Assembly (NCBI GenBank): GCA_016212275.1
Contig: JACRGR010000017.1
Coordinates: forward strand, 25,316 to 89,315
DNA from: Nitrospinota bacterium
GTDB taxonomy: Bacteria; Nitrospinota_A; UBA7883; JACRGQ01
Reading direction: 5' to 3'
DNA length: 64,000 nucleotides
Shown: one piece after another, positions 49,855 to 58,405 of the stretch
How positions within the stretch are numbered: position 1 is the first letter of the stretch
Layout of the letters: every line of letters starts with the position of its first letter
Program-made: the position numbers and the translations under genes
Notes under the pieces: generated by a model
Database searches by the model: none
What the model was told of the DNA's origin: nothing
What the model saw: only the letters and a program-made list of their open reading frames with translations

Positions 49855-51681
49855 TTGGATGCGATGTTGTTACGCATAAGAACGGTCAAGCCCGGTTTTT
49901 TCTGGGACGAGGACTTGGCGCATTACCCGCCGCTGTGCAGGCTCTTCCTGGAGGGGTTATGGTGCGCGGCGGACAAAATGGGTCGGCTTGAGGACCGGCC
50001 GATGATGCTACAACACCTCATCTTGCCGTACGAGAAGAATGAGGAGTTGGCCGGTCAATACCTGGAACTGCTCGCCTCGCCCGGCCCCGTGCGCGGCACC
50101 ACCTACGTGAACCGGTACGAAGTTGTTGGCAAGCGCTATATCCAGTTGCTGGGTTTCCTTGAGGATCACCGCCCCGGCAAGTTTGAGCCGCCCAGCATGA
50201 TCCCCTCGGTTGACGGATTCGTGGCCGACGTGGAAGCCTTTAATACGGTGGTTGACGGCAAGCTCCGCAAGGAGGTATATCAAAGAGACGGGTACAAGTG
50301 TGTTTATTGCGGCGCGGATCTGGCGGCCGAGGCGCGCAAGATCTGCGTTGATTACGTTATCCCCCTGATGAAGGGCGGGGCCAGTAGCCGCAAGAACCTT
50401 GTTACGTCTTGCAAGAAGTGTCATGGCAGGAAGGGTGAGCGCACGCCGGACGAAGCCGGTATGGCTTGTCCGGAGGGTTTTGGTGAAAAGTTGCCGGAAC
50501 GGCCGTTTCAGCCCTCCATTCCTCTTGAAGATGGTGCGGACGGGGTCACTAACCCCGTCATGACCCCGTCCAACGGGGGTCGCAACCCCGTTAACCCCCC
50601 GTTGACGGGTGTTCGGCACCCCGTTGACGGTACGTTAACCACCCGTCAACATACCACTGACCAACTGTTACCCCACCGTGAACATACCGTTAACGGTGCT
50701 TCAACGGGCGTTAACCACCCTTTGACGGGTCAACGACCCCTTGTTAACGGTGGTCAACGGGTGGTCAACCCGCTCTTAACCACCCATGAACCCCCCGTTG
50801 ACACCTCTTCACCCCTCGTTAACCCCCTGTTAACGGGGGGTCAACCCCCTGCCGACGACCCCTGTCGTAGGAAAGGAACGGAAAGTCATGGAGAGGAAAT
50901 GAATGTAGATATCGTCCGGCATCAACCCCCGTCGCCACGGGGTCAAGCTCATTCGGTTCTCGGTGATTTCGAAGAAAGTCCCGAACCCGGTTCGGGACGA
51001 CAGATAAATTCTTCCGATGGAGATAAAAAAAATGAAAGTCCTCCCGGCGTTATTCCATTCCCCAAACCCTCAGGTAATGGTGGGAAAGGACAGGGATTCT
51101 CCGCCAGCGGTCGGCCAGGCGACTTTAAGCTGGTGGTGGGTAGCTCGAATCCGAGGGTGTTCAAACGTGCATCTGTACAGTACCAGCGCACGGAAGCAAC
51201 TGACGAGATCATCTCGTATCTCAACCGCCGGTTAGGGAAAGAATACGCTTTGGACGGTCAGAAATCCCTTGAGTGTGTTCATGGCCGCCTTGATGAAGGA
51301 TTCACGGTCGGCCAGTTCAAGATCGTTATAGACCGCAAAGCGGCGCTTTGGAAGACCGACCCCACCTACTCGGTCTATCTGCGGCCTCAGACGTTGTTCG
51401 GCGAAAACTTCGAATCGTACTTGAATGAGATTGACGGAAGCCAGGAGCAACGGCTTAAGGAATTACTCGCCATTTGCCAGAGTCGGCCAAACAGCCTCAC
51501 CGATCGGAGGATCGAGCATGATGGTTTCACGGCCGATGACCGGCATAGGGCGGTCCATGCTTATTTTGAGGAAGTGAAGGCGGCGTACAAGACAAAGAAC
51601 GTTGCCGTGCTTGAAGGTCTGGTCAAGGAGGATATGTACGAACGGATGCGCAAAATGAAGGAGGGTGGCAATGCGGGGTGA
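49855..51681 (+). CDS. Putative replication initiator: N-terminal domain + HNH endonuclease domain + repeat-encoded linker + conserved phage C-terminal replication domain
   Basis: The HNH region is 'CVYCGADL…CKKCH'. The C-terminus 'EIISYLNRRLGKEYALDGQKSLECVHGRLDEGFTVGQFKIVIDRKAALWKTDPTYSVYLRPQTLFG' matches the conserved phage replication-protein C-terminal domain family. Confidence 0.5.
   Translation: MDAMLLRIRTVKPGFFWDEDLAHYPPLCRLFLEGLWCAADKMGRLEDRPMMLQHLILPYEKNEELAGQYLELLASPGPVRGTTYVNRYEVVGKRYIQLLGFLEDHRPGKFEPPSMIPSVDGFVADVEAFNTVVDGKLRKEVYQRDGYKCVYCGADLAAEARKICVDYVIPLMKGGASSRKNLVTSCKKCHGRKGERTPDEAGMACPEGFGEKLPERPFQPSIPLEDGADGVTNPVMTPSNGGRNPVNPPLTGVRHPVDGTLTTRQHTTDQLLPHREHTVNGASTGVNHPLTGQRPLVNGGQRVVNPLLTTHEPPVDTSSPLVNPLLTGGQPPADDPCRRKGTESHGEEMNVDIVRHQPPSPRGQAHSVLGDFEESPEPGSGRQINSSDGDKKNESPPGVIPFPKPSGNGGKGQGFSASGRPGDFKLVVGSSNPRVFKRASVQYQRTEATDEIISYLNRRLGKEYALDGQKSLECVHGRLDEGFTVGQFKIVIDRKAALWKTDPTYSVYLRPQTLFGENFESYLNEIDGSQEQRLKELLAICQSRPNSLTDRRIEHDGFTADDRHRAVHAYFEEVKAAYKTKNVAVLEGLVKEDMYERMRKMKEGGNAG
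50560..50860. repeat. Iteron-like array: about 18 copies of the short motif CCGTTRACGG / GTYAACGG (GTTAAC/GTTGAC cores) inside the rep ORF
   Basis: It was read directly from the sequence. Direct and inverted copies are densely packed. It translates to a degenerate VNPLLTG-type repeat. Confidence 0.65.
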
Positions 51682-52201
51682 GCGGGATGAAGTGTGGCGT
51701 AGCGCCATGGAATGGGTGGACGGCAAGAAGCGGGTCATCGCGGCCCATGTGCGCCGCTACCAGGCGCACACCGCTTATGACGTGGACGACTACCTTCACC
51801 AGGCTTACATAACCGCCTTTGAGACGCTGGGGAAGGTCGGCTCGACCGGTCCGCGGTTCGAGCAGTTCTTCTGGGTGAATTTCAAGCATGCTTGCTTCAG
51901 GGTATCGATTGGACCAAACCTTCAAGACCTCACCAAGGCAATGCTTGTTTCCGGCGCGCAAAAAACGGGGGACCCTGCCGACCGTCAGGCGGCCATCGAA
52001 CTCATTTCCCATATGTCCCCGCGCGAGCGCGAGGTATGGGAACTTGTCCTGGACGGCGCGCACACGCGCAAGGAGATCGCCCGCCGTTTCGGCCTTCGCG
52101 CACCCCACCATGTGAAGATGCTCAAGCGTCGCGGTCTCGAGCGGGTGAAGAAGCGCGTGGCTGAAAAGCGGTGCGAAGTTCTGGAGGCGCTCGCGGGATG
52201 A
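51665..52201 (+). CDS. Sigma-70 family (ECF-like) sigma factor
   Basis: It has a region 2-like 'DDYLHQAYITAFE' and a region 4 HTH 'SPREREVWELVLDGAHTRKEIARRFGL'. Confidence 0.55.
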   Translation: MAMRGERDEVWRSAMEWVDGKKRVIAAHVRRYQAHTAYDVDDYLHQAYITAFETLGKVGSTGPRFEQFFWVNFKHACFRVSIGPNLQDLTKAMLVSGAQKTGDPADRQAAIELISHMSPREREVWELVLDGAHTRKEIARRFGLRAPHHVKMLKRRGLERVKKRVAEKRCEVLEALAG

Positions 52202-52626
52202 CTACGGCAGGATCACTCCCCCGCAAGTTGACCCGCCGGCTTGCCGAGCTCAGTCATATCGCCCTCCCCCTCTCCCCTGCCTGCCAGAGCAAGCTCGAAT
52301 GGCTTGCCGGATTTTGGCGCGATGAATGGTTCATCCGCATGGCAATGACTGGCCGCTCCCTTCGGCGTCGTCGCCAGATCGCGGCCAAGGCCGACCTTGC
52401 AAAGTGGGAACGATACGTCTTTCAACGCTACGTGAACGCCGCCCAGCGTCGAAAGCGGGGTGAAAAGGCCCCCCGGAAACTTTACCTGCGGGATGTGGCG
52501 GAAGAGGTCAATTACAACTACGGTGTCCCGTTGCCGGTGGTCATAAGCCGCATCCCGGCCATCAGAAAGAAGGCGCAAATGTACCTTCGGAGTGCCGCGA
52601 AGGGTGGAAAGGTTGTATCGAAATGA
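52198..52626 (+). CDS. Hypothetical basic protein, translationally coupled to the sigma factor gene (ATGA overlap)
   Basis: It is an ORF with no recognisable domain. Confidence 0.3.
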   Translation: MTTAGSLPRKLTRRLAELSHIALPLSPACQSKLEWLAGFWRDEWFIRMAMTGRSLRRRRQIAAKADLAKWERYVFQRYVNAAQRRKRGEKAPRKLYLRDVAEEVNYNYGVPLPVVISRIPAIRKKAQMYLRSAAKGGKVVSK

Positions 52627-52749
52627 CTCTTGAACAGGGAAAAAAGCGGTGGAGTAGAAAAAAGAAAAAGTTTGTATGTGGTGTGTTTGATGAGCACTTT
52701 TAAGCGTGGTTTGAATCTTAAAAACCTCACGATGAAAGGTTGATGGGAT

Positions 52750-53580
52750 ATGCAACACTCAGCCAACACCGGTGTCCTCCGGCAACTTTCGTTCCTGCAG
52801 GAGGACAAAGCCGCCGAGGCGATGGAGTTCCTGCTAAAACACGAGCCGCAGAAAGGGTATGCAGTAAAGTTCAGCGGCGGGAAGGACAGCATCGTGGTGT
52901 ACGACCTGGTTCTGCGCTCGGGCGTCCGGCATCGGGCTTTTTACAACTGCACCACAATCGACCCTCCGGAAGTGGCGAAATTCATCCGCCGGCATTATCC
53001 CGAGGTCCAGTGGCTTTATCCGCACCGGAATTTTTTCGACTATGTGATGCGCCGGGGTTTACCGACGAAGGTCAAACGTTGGTGTTGTGAGAAACTCAAG
53101 CACCGGGTGTCCAAGCGCACGTTCGGGACAAAGCATCTGGTGGTGGGGATCCGCGCCGAGGAAAGCCATACCCGGTCCGTTCGCGGCCGGATATCGGAGA
53201 TGGAGGGGCAGACCATCTATTCCCCGATTTTCAACTTCGACGAAGGGGAGGTGTGGGACTACATCGAAAGCCGTGGTCTCCCCTACCCCTCCCTGTACAA
53301 CGAGGGGTTCTCACGTCTGGGATGCGTTATTTGCCCGTATATCTGCAGGGGCGGCGGGGTGTTGGAAAAGCACAAGGAACGCTGGCCTGCGATGTACAGG
53401 CGATTTGAGGCGGTTGTGGCCGCACAATTCGAGGCGAAGCGGGGGTTCTTCCAGGAGCGAGGGATCACCGGACCGAAAGAACTGCTCGACCTTTGGTATG
53501 CAAGCAGACCTATCCCCCATTTGAATGCGCGTCAGGTTGATTTGTTTTCACCGAAAACGCCCGCAAAGGCGGAAAAGTGA
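52750..53580 (+). CDS. PAPS-reductase-family (PP-loop ATP pyrophosphatase; DndC/phage-type) protein
   Basis: It has the PP-loop 'KFSGGKDS' and the Cys motif 'WCCEKLK…GCVICPY'. Confidence 0.7.
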   Translation: MQHSANTGVLRQLSFLQEDKAAEAMEFLLKHEPQKGYAVKFSGGKDSIVVYDLVLRSGVRHRAFYNCTTIDPPEVAKFIRRHYPEVQWLYPHRNFFDYVMRRGLPTKVKRWCCEKLKHRVSKRTFGTKHLVVGIRAEESHTRSVRGRISEMEGQTIYSPIFNFDEGEVWDYIESRGLPYPSLYNEGFSRLGCVICPYICRGGGVLEKHKERWPAMYRRFEAVVAAQFEAKRGFFQERGITGPKELLDLWYASRPIPHLNARQVDLFSPKTPAKAEK

Positions 53581-53745
53581 AATACAAAACACTTTACTCA
53601 CGGTGGAGAGCAAGCAAGGTGGGAATAAAAACATCTTCACGGCTGTATACAAGCTCAAAGGCAGGGCGGACAATTCCCCTCCTCGTTCCTTGTCGCACAC
53701 GGATAATCGCTTGATAAGACCGTTGGATAAGATGCAGGGAAATCG

Positions 53746-54111
53746 TTGAACCGGCGGGCAATGGGAACCATGGTTGACCACATCTGCAAGCTGATAGAGG
53801 ACGGGCTCGATGCCAACGATCTTATCCGGGTGATCTCGTTTTGCGAATCGCGCCTCGATGCGCTAGGAATTGAGCTTGTTTCAAGGGTGGATTCCTCTTC
53901 CCCGCCGAGAACGGGCAAGGCCGGCGTGAAGCCCGGAAAGCGGCCACCCCGCGACCATGCCGTGGTGGTCGTGCGGAAGTTCGTCAAGTGCGGCAAGCCG
54001 ACCTGCTCCAAGTGCCCCCATGGCCCCTACTACTACAGCGCGCAGAGGACCGGCCGCGGCAAGACCAAATGGAAATACCTGGGAACCACCATTACCGGAG
54101 CCGCCCAATGA
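53746..54111 (+). CDS. Hypothetical protein (C-terminal CxxxxC…C…YYY motif)
   Basis: It is an ORF and its start is uncertain (Met at 53746, 53761 or 53770). Confidence 0.3.
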   Translation: MNRRAMGTMVDHICKLIEDGLDANDLIRVISFCESRLDALGIELVSRVDSSSPPRTGKAGVKPGKRPPRDHAVVVVRKFVKCGKPTCSKCPHGPYYYSAQRTGRGKTKWKYLGTTITGAAQ

Positions 54112-54659
54112 TGGCCACGGCCGAGAAGATCCGCGAGATCGTGGAGATGTGCATCTTCATCGCGCCGCAACCATGCACGCTGGAGCAACTTCACAAGGTC
54201 TTCGAAGGGAAAATCCCAAAGGATGAATTGAAAGCGATCGCCGACGAGCTGGTGGATTCAACCAGGGAGAAGGCGGTGATGGTGGTGGAGGTCGCCGCCG
54301 GCTACCAGATGCAAACGAACCCGGCCTACGCCGAATACGCGCGTCGCCTCATGGGAGACGCGAAGGAAAACGCGCTTTCGAAAGCGGCCATGGAGACGCT
54401 TTCGATAATCGCCTACAAACAGCCGGTCAACCAAGCTGAGATAGACGCGATCCGCGGCAAGAACTCGACCGGCGTTCTGGTAACGCTCGTGGACAAAGGC
54501 CTCATCAAGATGCTGGGGCGCGCGAAGGATCCCGGCCGCGCCTATCTTTATGGCACCACAAAAGAATTCCTGAAATATCTCCGGCTGAATTCCCTGGCGG
54601 ATTTGCCACCGGTGGAAGTATTCAGTCCTGAACAAGAAAGTGGAGGGATGACACGATGA
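54108..54659 (+). CDS. ScpB-like (SMC-ScpA/B complex subunit B family) winged-helix protein
   Basis: It contains '…ALSKAAMETLSIIAYKQPVNQAEIDAIRGKNSTGVLVTLVDKGLIKMLGRAKDPGRAYLYGTTKEFLKYLRLNSLADLP', which closely follows the ScpB tandem winged-helix signature. Confidence 0.6.
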   Translation: MMATAEKIREIVEMCIFIAPQPCTLEQLHKVFEGKIPKDELKAIADELVDSTREKAVMVVEVAAGYQMQTNPAYAEYARRLMGDAKENALSKAAMETLSIIAYKQPVNQAEIDAIRGKNSTGVLVTLVDKGLIKMLGRAKDPGRAYLYGTTKEFLKYLRLNSLADLPPVEVFSPEQESGGMTR

Positions 54660-54762
54660 CACCGACAGCGGAATTCAAGGGGGCGTTCATGGTTGGGGAT
54701 TGCGTGTATGTCCGCACCGCGGGCATTAATCAACACGGTCGAGAAGCCTACATTCATCAAGA

Positions 54763-54783
54763 AGGGTACCCCACCCGCGCATT
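54763..54783. repeat. 21-bp exact direct repeat GGGTACCCCACCCGCGCATTA, copy 1 (upstream of the parM-like gene)
   Basis: It is identical to 56072–56092. Confidence 0.8.
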
Positions 54784-54883
54784 ACTCGTGTGAAAGGTTA
54801 AAACGTTCCCGCCATTACGCCGCCCAAAGCGGGCAAAGGCGGGAATAAACGCACTTAACGCGCTCAATGGAGGGGTAAAAGTA

Positions 54884-55825
54884 ATGGTGCTCGGTTTGGA
54901 CATAGGGTTCGGTGATATCAAAGCGGTGCATGGGGAAGGCGTATTCCGGATGCCGACGGCTGTGGCGCACGCCAAAAGCGGCCTTTTGGAACTTGGCGAG
55001 TTCGCCGGGAACGAGGAAGAGTTCGTCTTCGGCGGCAAGGCCTACCACCTCGGTGAAAAGGCGCTCGAAAAGGCCCTTCCCACCCGTAGCTTCGACTTCC
55101 TGAAGAAATACGCCCCGTTACTGGCCTACAAGGCGGTCAAGGACACCGGGAAGAAGGTTAGCCGCCTCGCGGTCGGCCTTCCGCTTGCCTGGTACACGCC
55201 GCCAAACCGGAAATTCTTCACCTCCGCTCTCAAAAAGTTCGAGGTGAACGGCGAAACCATTTCCTTCGACCAGGTGGATATTTACCCGCAGGGGGTTGGG
55301 ATCCTGATGGATTACCGCTTCGGCGCCGACGGGAAAGAATTGCCCGGCACCGTAATTGACGGACTGGTGGTGGACATCGGGTTCAACACGGTGGACGTGG
55401 TCGTATTCTCGGACGGCGCGGCGGTCAAGTCCGACTCCGCCATGTTCGAGCGCGCCGGCGTTTCGCGCATCGCGCAGGACCTCATCCAGGCGATGCAGGT
55501 TGAGTGCGCAATCAACCTTTCCGAGCAGGAAGCCAAGAAAGCCCTGCTGGAGGGCGGAATCCGCGTTTATGGCGCGGAAAAGGACCTTACGGTCACCATC
55601 GAGGCAATCGCCGAGGATTACGTGGAGTGGCTCCTCGACATTCTCGCATCGCGCTGGGAGGACAAGCTACAGCGTTCCGGCAAGTTGATCATCGCCGGTG
55701 GCGGGGCCCATTTCCTCGCACGCGCCGTCCCGCAACGCTACGCGGATATCGTCCATGTTCCCGAACTTCCGGAGTTCGCCAACGCCAGGGGCTTTTACAA
55801 GGCAAGCCTCGCCAAGGATTCCTGA
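54884..55825 (+). CDS. parM: ParM/StbA-like actin-family partition ATPase
   Basis: The N-terminal phosphate-1 motif is 'VLGLDIGFGDIKAV'. The size is ParM-like and a small downstream partner gene follows. Confidence 0.6.
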   Translation: MVLGLDIGFGDIKAVHGEGVFRMPTAVAHAKSGLLELGEFAGNEEEFVFGGKAYHLGEKALEKALPTRSFDFLKKYAPLLAYKAVKDTGKKVSRLAVGLPLAWYTPPNRKFFTSALKKFEVNGETISFDQVDIYPQGVGILMDYRFGADGKELPGTVIDGLVVDIGFNTVDVVVFSDGAAVKSDSAMFERAGVSRIAQDLIQAMQVECAINLSEQEAKKALLEGGIRVYGAEKDLTVTIEAIAEDYVEWLLDILASRWEDKLQRSGKLIIAGGGAHFLARAVPQRYADIVHVPELPEFANARGFYKASLAKDS

Positions 55826-55841
55826 GCTGGAGGACCGGTCG

Positions 55842-56072
55842 ATGGAAAAACAAAAACTGATCGTCACCATCCGGGACGGAACACTCCTTAAGCAGGTGAA
55901 CCTGCTTCCCAAGAACATCCGCGGGAAGGTGGTGGAAAAAGCCCTGGCCAGCTTTTTTGACACGCCGGAGGGGAAAGGGCTAACGGGGTTATTTAAAGCT
56001 CCCAGAGAATCCCAAAAGGCGGAGAAAGTGCCTGCCAAGAACGTGCTTGGCGACTTTGGAGAGGGCGAATAG
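55842..56072 (+). CDS. Small protein downstream of parM, candidate ParR-like adaptor
   Basis: It is 76 aa with an N-terminal β-strand-like 'KLIVTIRDG'. The call rests on position only. Confidence 0.3.
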   Translation: MEKQKLIVTIRDGTLLKQVNLLPKNIRGKVVEKALASFFDTPEGKGLTGLFKAPRESQKAEKVPAKNVLGDFGEGE

Positions 56073-56092
56073 GGGTACCCCACCCGCGCATT
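56072..56092. repeat. 21-bp exact direct repeat, copy 2 (immediately after the parR-like stop and 33 bp upstream of the OmpA-like gene)
   Basis: It is identical to 54763–54783. Confidence 0.8.
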
Positions 56093-56124
56093 AAGAAAGT
56101 GACAAGCACGAAGAGAGTGAGGCG

Positions 56125-56928
56125 ATGAAAGGACTTCTCAAGCTATTTACGGTGATTTTCGTTTTTGGTGGAAACGCCCAAGCGTTCACCGCCATGCAGG
56201 TGGAATACAACCATTTTTCGAACGGCGTGATCGAGTATATCCCCTCCCCTCAATTCGTGGTCTGCAGGGAATGCCCGGCTCCCACCCCATTGGAAGTCCT
56301 TCCGCAGGTGGACATCAGCGTCCAGGCCAGTGCGGACAGTCCACCGGAGAACCCCGGCCCAACCGGCGGAATGTTTGCCATTCAGCAACCGGCCCAAGAG
56401 CCGGCGAACAACCCGATTCCGGAAAAGCGGATTGAATCCCCGGCACTCCCTCCAGCCGAAGCGCCAAAACCTGTGGATGTTCCTACAAAACTGGGGGACG
56501 AGGTGAAGGTTGTCGAACCTGCAAAAGAAAAACCTTCGGCGGCAGTCGTTTATTTCGAGACCAATAAGGACGGCCTTTCGGAAGAGTCCATACAGGAGCT
56601 GGCAGAGCTTAAAGATGATGAGTATAACATCATCGGTTATACAGATGATGTTGGTAGTTTAAATAGCAATGATTTGCTGGCGCTGAAAAGGGCCGAGCGA
56701 GTTGCGGAATATCTCAAATCCAAGGGCTTCACTGTCCGGTCCGTTACTGGCAAGGGGAAGTGTTGCTATGTAAATGCAAAAGAAAAGATGGAGTCGCTTC
56801 GGGGGTGGCCGTACCACCCCGGTGAGTATGAAAAGCTTCCAAGTTATGTACAAAAGGATTTGATAGGGTTTTTTAGCCGCCGCGTAGAGATCATTGAAAT
56901 CACCCCTTCAACGGAAGGATCGCATTGA
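56125..56928 (+). CDS. OmpA-family peptidoglycan-binding lipoprotein or OM protein (T4SS-associated)
   Basis: It has a signal peptide and a C-terminal OmpA_C-like domain (…NIIGYTDDVGSLNSNDLLALKRAERV…). Confidence 0.6.
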   Translation: MKGLLKLFTVIFVFGGNAQAFTAMQVEYNHFSNGVIEYIPSPQFVVCRECPAPTPLEVLPQVDISVQASADSPPENPGPTGGMFAIQQPAQEPANNPIPEKRIESPALPPAEAPKPVDVPTKLGDEVKVVEPAKEKPSAAVVYFETNKDGLSEESIQELAELKDDEYNIIGYTDDVGSLNSNDLLALKRAERVAEYLKSKGFTVRSVTGKGKCCYVNAKEKMESLRGWPYHPGEYEKLPSYVQKDLIGFFSRRVEIIEITPSTEGSH

Positions 56929-56942
56929 AAGGAAACGTAACC

Positions 56943-57740
56943 ATGAAAAAAGTGTTATTCGCATTCTTGGCATTGTGTGTCCTCACAAACGCTTACCTGC
57001 CGGAAGTTTCCGCCGCATGCGGGCCCGAATGCGGCTGTGCGGCGGCATCGTCGCCGCTTTCCGTCGATGATGCGGGAAAAGCATTCAAGGCCGCCTATCC
57101 CAACACTCCGATTGACAAGATCAAGCCCGGCGACCGGGAGGGGCGCTATGTGATCCATGTCGGCCCAAACATCTTCTACTTCGAGCCGCCGAACACGGTC
57201 ATCATGGGGAAGATCATCCAAAACGGCGTGAACATCACCGCAAAGGAAAACGAGGAGATGGCGAAGGAGGCCGATAAGGTCCTTCCCGCCCTCCTCAAAA
57301 GTCTGCCTCTCGACAAGGCGGTAAAGATCGGCCAGGGGAAAAAGACGGATATCACGGTCATAGAGGTGAGCGACCCCGACTGCGGTTTTTGCCGCCAGGC
57401 CCATGAGTGGTTTGACGCGAATACCGCCCTGACCAAGGGCGTGACCCGTTACGTCTTCTTCCTTCCGCTCCATCCCGACGCCCCCGCCAAATCGAAGCTG
57501 ATACTTTGCTCGAAGGACCGCGCGAAAGCCTATGGAGAAGTCTACGGCGGCAAACGTGACGCCGACTTCAAGACGCTTCCGGCAGGCTGTGACGAAAAGA
57601 CGGCGGAAGCGCTACTTCAGGAGCATCTCGCCGCGGCCCGGAAGTTAAACGTCCGCGGAACGCCGAATTTCTTTATCAGGGATACGAGGGTTCCCGGCGC
57701 CAACATGACGCAAGTGGAAGCACTGATCAAAACCAAATAA
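56943..57740 (+). CDS. DsbC-family thiol:disulfide interchange protein (TrbB-like) of the transfer region
   Basis: It has a signal peptide and a CGFC active site in a thioredoxin fold. Confidence 0.6.
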   Translation: MKKVLFAFLALCVLTNAYLPEVSAACGPECGCAAASSPLSVDDAGKAFKAAYPNTPIDKIKPGDREGRYVIHVGPNIFYFEPPNTVIMGKIIQNGVNITAKENEEMAKEADKVLPALLKSLPLDKAVKIGQGKKTDITVIEVSDPDCGFCRQAHEWFDANTALTKGVTRYVFFLPLHPDAPAKSKLILCSKDRAKAYGEVYGGKRDADFKTLPAGCDEKTAEALLQEHLAAARKLNVRGTPNFFIRDTRVPGANMTQVEALIKTK

Positions 57741-57753
57741 TGGAGAGGCCCGT

Positions 57754-58125
57754 ATGAAACATTTTTTGACAAACCTTTCGCCCGCGAAACTCCTTGTGAT
57801 CATGCTTATGTTCGCCGCGGCGGACATGGCGGTCGTGAAGTCGGTAACGTACGCCGCGACCTACACGGCGATGACGATCGAGCCCAAGAACTCCACCGAC
57901 GAATTCAATCCCTTGTACGAGATCATCGTCACCAAAGGGATCAAGCAAGGGGGGTATATCGTCGGTTTGATACTCATTTTCATCGGACTTATCACCGCCG
58001 GTTTCATGCACCAGTACAAGATGGCCGCCGTGGAGGTGTTTTCCGGGTTCGGGTTCGGCATGGGGAAGGCCCTTTACGACAAGTTCAGCACCGTGGCCAA
58101 CACGGCCAGCGGCGCGATCTTTTAG
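57754..58125 (+). CDS. traA: Putative conjugative pilin (TraA/VirB2-like)
   Basis: It is 123 aa with a long leader and two hydrophobic segments. It lies immediately upstream of traL as in F-type operons. Confidence 0.4.
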   Translation: MKHFLTNLSPAKLLVIMLMFAAADMAVVKSVTYAATYTAMTIEPKNSTDEFNPLYEIIVTKGIKQGGYIVGLILIFIGLITAGFMHQYKMAAVEVFSGFGFGMGKALYDKFSTVANTASGAIF

Positions 58126-58129
58126 GCCG

Positions 58130-58405
58130 ATGAAGAAAGTCCCGGTCTTCCGGCACCTTTCCCAGCAGGCGAAGATCCTCTGGCTCGAACTGGACGAGTT
58201 CCTATTGCTGGGAGGGTTCGTGCTGATCGGGTATGTGACACAGGTGCTCATCACCATGACGGTTGCCGGGATCATAATGATCGTCATTTACATGCAGGTG
58301 AAAAAGAAGTTCCCCAGGGGATTCATGGCGCATGCGTTCGTCTGGGTCGGCTTCATTGGTCTCAAGCGCTATCCCAACACGTTCCAGACCCTTTATTACG
58401 AATAA
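58130..58405 (+). CDS. traL: F-type T4SS TraL (VirB3-like)
   Basis: It is 91 aa with the '…ILWLELDEFLLLGGFVLIGYV…' TraL pattern. Confidence 0.55.
   Translation: MKKVPVFRHLSQQAKILWLELDEFLLLGGFVLIGYVTQVLITMTVAGIIMIVIYMQVKKKFPRGFMAHAFVWVGFIGLKRYPNTFQTLYYE

Noticed and set aside
50560-50860. A possible CRISPR array from the dense short repeats
   Set aside because: The units are only about 10 bp and irregularly spaced. They include inverted copies and lie inside a coding region with no cas genes nearby. An iteron or linker repeat fits better than CRISPR.
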